In this document: in pieces, positions 60,504 through 64,000 of the stretch
Layout: each line of letters starts with the position of its first letter
Position numbering within the stretch: position 1 is the first letter of the stretch
Assembly (NCBI GenBank): GCA_963920595.1
Contig: OY986947.1
Coordinates: forward strand, 2,976,001 to 3,040,000
Direction: 5' to 3'
DNA: 64,000 nucleotides
Source of the DNA: Eimeria praecox
Taxonomy: Eukaryota
Position numbers and translations under genes: made by a program
Notes under the pieces: generated by a model
Told to the model about the DNA's origin: nothing
Database searches by the model: none
Seen by the model: only the letters and a program-made list of their open reading frames with translations

Positions 60504-61384
60504 TCTTAATCTTCTACTTCCCTAGTTGCGTAACAGCTCTGATATACTTCTTGCTGCTGCTCCTGCTACTGTGTTGCTGCTGCTGCTGTCTTGCTGCTGC
60601 TGTCTTGCTGCTACAGGCGCAGCAGGTGCGGCAGTGTTTGCTGCTGCTGCTGCGACAGAAAGAAGTTAATAGCTCCCATGCCGGTAGCAACGAGGTGGAG
60701 AGAGGGAGAGCGTGCAGCGAAGAGCAGCAGCAGCTGCAGCAGCAGCTGCAGCAGCATTTACAGCTGCAGCAGCAGCAGCAGCGCCAGCAGCAGCAACAGC
60801 AGCCGTTAGACCTTCTGCATCAACACACTGACATTCAACAGCAGCAACAGCAGCAGCAGCAGCAGCACCAGTCTCCACAAAAGCTGCAGCAGCAACAATT
60901 GAAGCAGCAACATCATTTGCTGCAGCAGCAACAGCTGCAGCAACAACAGCTGCAGCAGCAGCAACTACAGCAACAGCAACTGCAGCAACAGCAGTTGCAG
61001 CAGCAGCAGCTACAACAACAGCAACTGCAGCAACAACAGCTGCAGCAACAGCAGCTGCAGCAGCAGCAACTGCAGCCACAGCAGCAACAAGCAGACCATG
61101 CTTCACAACAGCAAGCGAGATCAAGTGTATGGGCAGCCTTCCCCCCTGCTGCTGCAGCAGCAGCAGCTGCTGCTGCTGCTGCTGTTACGAATGCTGCTGC
61201 TGCTGCTGCGCCTCCTCCTGTAAGACATCGAAGGAGGCCCCTTGGCAACGCGTCCCGCGGCGGCGTGCAGCAGCAACAGCAGCAGCAGCTTCAGCTGCAG
61301 CAGCAGCAGCAACAGCAGCAGCAACAGCAGCAGCAGCAGCAGCAGCTGCAACCGCATCGACGGCATCGTAACCCGCTGGCGTAG
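54605..61384 (+). CDS. Multi-exon polyQ-rich protein with a PAM2-like motif, divergent kelch-like beta-propeller segments and a C-terminal coiled coil (internal exon boundaries partly uncertain)
   Basis: Start [23 protein letters not shown]; exon 1 ends at the donor at ~56226. Unique peptides: [84 protein letters not shown]…[33 protein letters not shown]; coiled coil [24 protein letters not shown] and [14 protein letters not shown]. Stop at 61384. Confidence 0.65.
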
Positions 61385-62166
61385 GTAGTTCACATGCAGT
61401 ATACCAATGTATAGTTTCAACGCAGCAGCAGCAGCAGCAGCAGCAGCACCAACAACAGCAGCAGCAGCAACAGCAGTAGCCACTGCTGCTGCTGCTGCTG
61501 CTGCTGCTCCAACACAACACCACCGATAGCATCGCAACATCTATAGCATAGCGGCATCACACGCAGCAGTGATACATGTATTTGCAAGGCAGCAACAGCA
61601 GCAACAGCAGCAGCAAGTGCTGCAGCAACAGCAGCAGCAGCAAGTGCTGCAGCAACAGCAGCAGCACCTGCTGCTGCTGCTGCTGCGACAACAGAAGCAA
61701 CGACATCGCATCTTGCTAGTCCAGCATACGGGCTATCACAGGCAGCAGCGGAATATGTATTTGCTGCTGCTGCTGCTGCTGCAGCGGCTGCTGCTGCAGC
61801 AGCAGCTGCTGCTGCAGCTTTGATGATAGCAACAATAGTTGCAGCAGCAGCAGCAATAGCAGCAAAACACACACGTACACCTTAGCAGCAGCAGCAGCAG
61901 CAGCAGCAATGGTGCAGTTGCTGCTGCTGCTGCTGTATCAAGTAGAAACTCAGAAGCGCCTCTTGGAGTAGGGAGTCGAGGTGTACAGACACCGCGCTAG
62001 TCACAACAGCAGCAGCAACTGCAGCAGCAGCAACAGCAGCAGCAGGGGTATTTGGCCTCCTATCGCAGCAGCAATAGCAGCTGTGCTGCTGCTGTTGCTG
62101 CTGCAGCAGGCTCTATGGCTGCTGCATGCAACTGGAGGTGCTTTAAGTTGTATTATCTATATCTAC

Positions 62167-62230
<64 letters not shown>

Positions 62231-62431
62231 CTGCTGCTGCTGTAGCAGCACCTGGCTTTAACTGCGTTATAACGGCAGCAAGTGTTGCTAACACTGTGCA
62301 TGCGCTGCAGCAGCAGCGTCTGTGTGTATGCAGCTGCTGCTGCTGCTGCTGCAGGCTAGCTGCTGCAGCAGAACAGCAGCCCCAGCAAGCCGCAGCGCAG
62401 CAGGATAATTCATGCCTGTCTCGCTTTAAGT

Positions 62432-62501
<70 letters not shown>

Positions 62502-62985
62502 TATATTAGATATTATATATATAATCTTAAGCCTTCAGACAAAAACACTTTGTAAGTCCTCTGTGGGGAAAGTTAACATTGCTGCTGCTGCATTGCTGCT
62601 GGTGTTGCTACGTTTTTGCTGCTGCTGCTGCTGCTGCTGCTGCATGACTGCTGCTGCAGCAGCTTCTGCCGGAGCCCTGCAGCCTAGAGCGAACGCACTT
62701 AGCAGCAGCGGCAGCAGCAGCAGCAGCAGCAACTGGCATTTCATTACGTTGTCTCTTTCATATAGACGCAAAGGGCGCCCAACATGTGTTCTCTACAGCA
62801 GCAGCAGCAGCAGCAGCAGCTGCTGCTGCTGCTGCATGATACATCTGCTGCAAGCAGCAGCAGCAGCAGCAACAGATCTGCTGCAGTTCTGCCCTGCGCG
62901 CTGCATCAGTAGCCACACCCGCAACAGCCGCACCAGCAGCAGCAGCAGCAACAGCAGCAGTAACAGCAGCAGCAGCACGTGTTTC

Positions 62986-63145
62986 TCACGTTGCTGCTGC
63001 TGCTGCTGCTGCTGCTTCGCGTGATGTCTGCTGCTCTTGCTGCAGCAGCTTTTGAGGAGGAGAGTGAGCGGCATAAGAAAGATAAACAGCCCAAACAAAA
63101 TCTAATAATGAATCCCAAGCAGGCCGTAAAGCCAGAGGGATAAAC
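62986..63145 (-). CDS. Probable terminal exon of an Mpv17/PMP22-family membrane protein; the rest of the gene probably lies beyond the window
   Basis: Acceptor tttag at 63146 followed by (R)FIPLALRPAWDSLLDFVWAVYLSYAAH…*, matching the Mpv17/PMP22 C-terminal pattern F.P..LR......++W..YLS. Confidence 0.5.
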
Positions 63146-63303
63146 CTAAAAACAAACAAACAAACAAATATACATACAGGTTTGGGGCTTGCATGCATGC
63201 ATGCATTTTGGGGCTTTGCATGCACGTGTTTTGGGGGTTGTATGTATGTATGCATGCATGCGAGCAAACAGGCAGAGAAGGCCAGAAATTGTACACCAGA
63301 AAG

Positions 63304-63334
<31 letters not shown>

Positions 63335-63338
63335 ACAG

Positions 63339-63370
<32 letters not shown>

Positions 63371-63507
63371 GCAGCAACAGCAGCAGCAACAGCAGCAGCA
63401 GCAACAGCAGGACTTGTAGGAACATAAGGATTCTTATTAGTAAATATTTTGTTGTCTACTGCTGCTGCTTCTTTATTTAAATGCATGCATGTATTAATAT
63501 ATCTAAT

Positions 63508-63570
<63 letters not shown>

Positions 63571-63744
63571 TTTGTTATCGCAATTGTTAATATATTTGAT
63601 TTGGTTTGTGTCTTCAGATTTTCTTTTTATTTATTTGCTAATACATAAATTAAAAATAAAATAAATTAATATAATTATATTATTTATATTAAAGAGTGTA
63701 ATTTAATATAATTAATTAATTAATCAATTAATTAATTAATTAAT

Positions 63745-63776
<32 letters not shown>

Positions 63777-64000
63777 TTATTTAATTATTTAATAGTACAC
63801 ATACTAATATATATAATTAATTAATATAATAATTAATTAATTATATAATTAATTAAATTAATTAATTAATTTATTTATGTAAAATATTAACAAATTCATA
63901 TAAATATTTGTTTATATTTTTGTATTGGTTTAATATACCGCATGCAGCATGTCTTAGTACATTATTTAAACAAATAAATAAATAAACAAATAAATAAATA

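Overview
Eukaryotic, intron-rich, AT-rich genomic DNA with the repeat signature of a coccidian apicomplexan, most likely Eimeria (inferred from pervasive CAG/CTG microsatellites in exons and introns, interstitial AAACCCT/TTTAGGG telomere-like heptamers and many TGCATGCA octamers). Most ORFs in the supplied track are microsatellite artefacts; the real genes were rebuilt by hand from GT-AG splice sites and reading-phase continuity. Left to right: (1) a ~21 kb minus-strand gene with an N-terminal RCC1-repeat propeller, a low-complexity linker and a long coiled coil; (2) SmG (minus), head-to-head with (3) a complete 12-exon RPB1 (plus) with a short, non-canonical, intron-split CTD; (4) a 5-exon PIG-H/GPI15-like gene (minus) whose last introns are nearly pure telomere-like repeat; (5) a heavily decayed Ty3/gypsy retrotransposon relic at ~48.4-51 kb; (6) a polyQ, PAM2-motif, kelch-like and coiled-coil gene (plus); (7) the probable last exon of an Mpv17/PMP22-family gene (minus). 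The most notable unexplained signals are a dispersed palindrome GGTGTAYRTACACC whose flanks vary but stay self-complementary (it lies upstream of genes, supplies splice donors and is amplified as a 17-bp tandem array), a 34-bp GC-rich palindrome between SmG and RPB1, and inverted telomere-repeat cassettes. No database searches were run; all family calls rest on motif recognition by eye.
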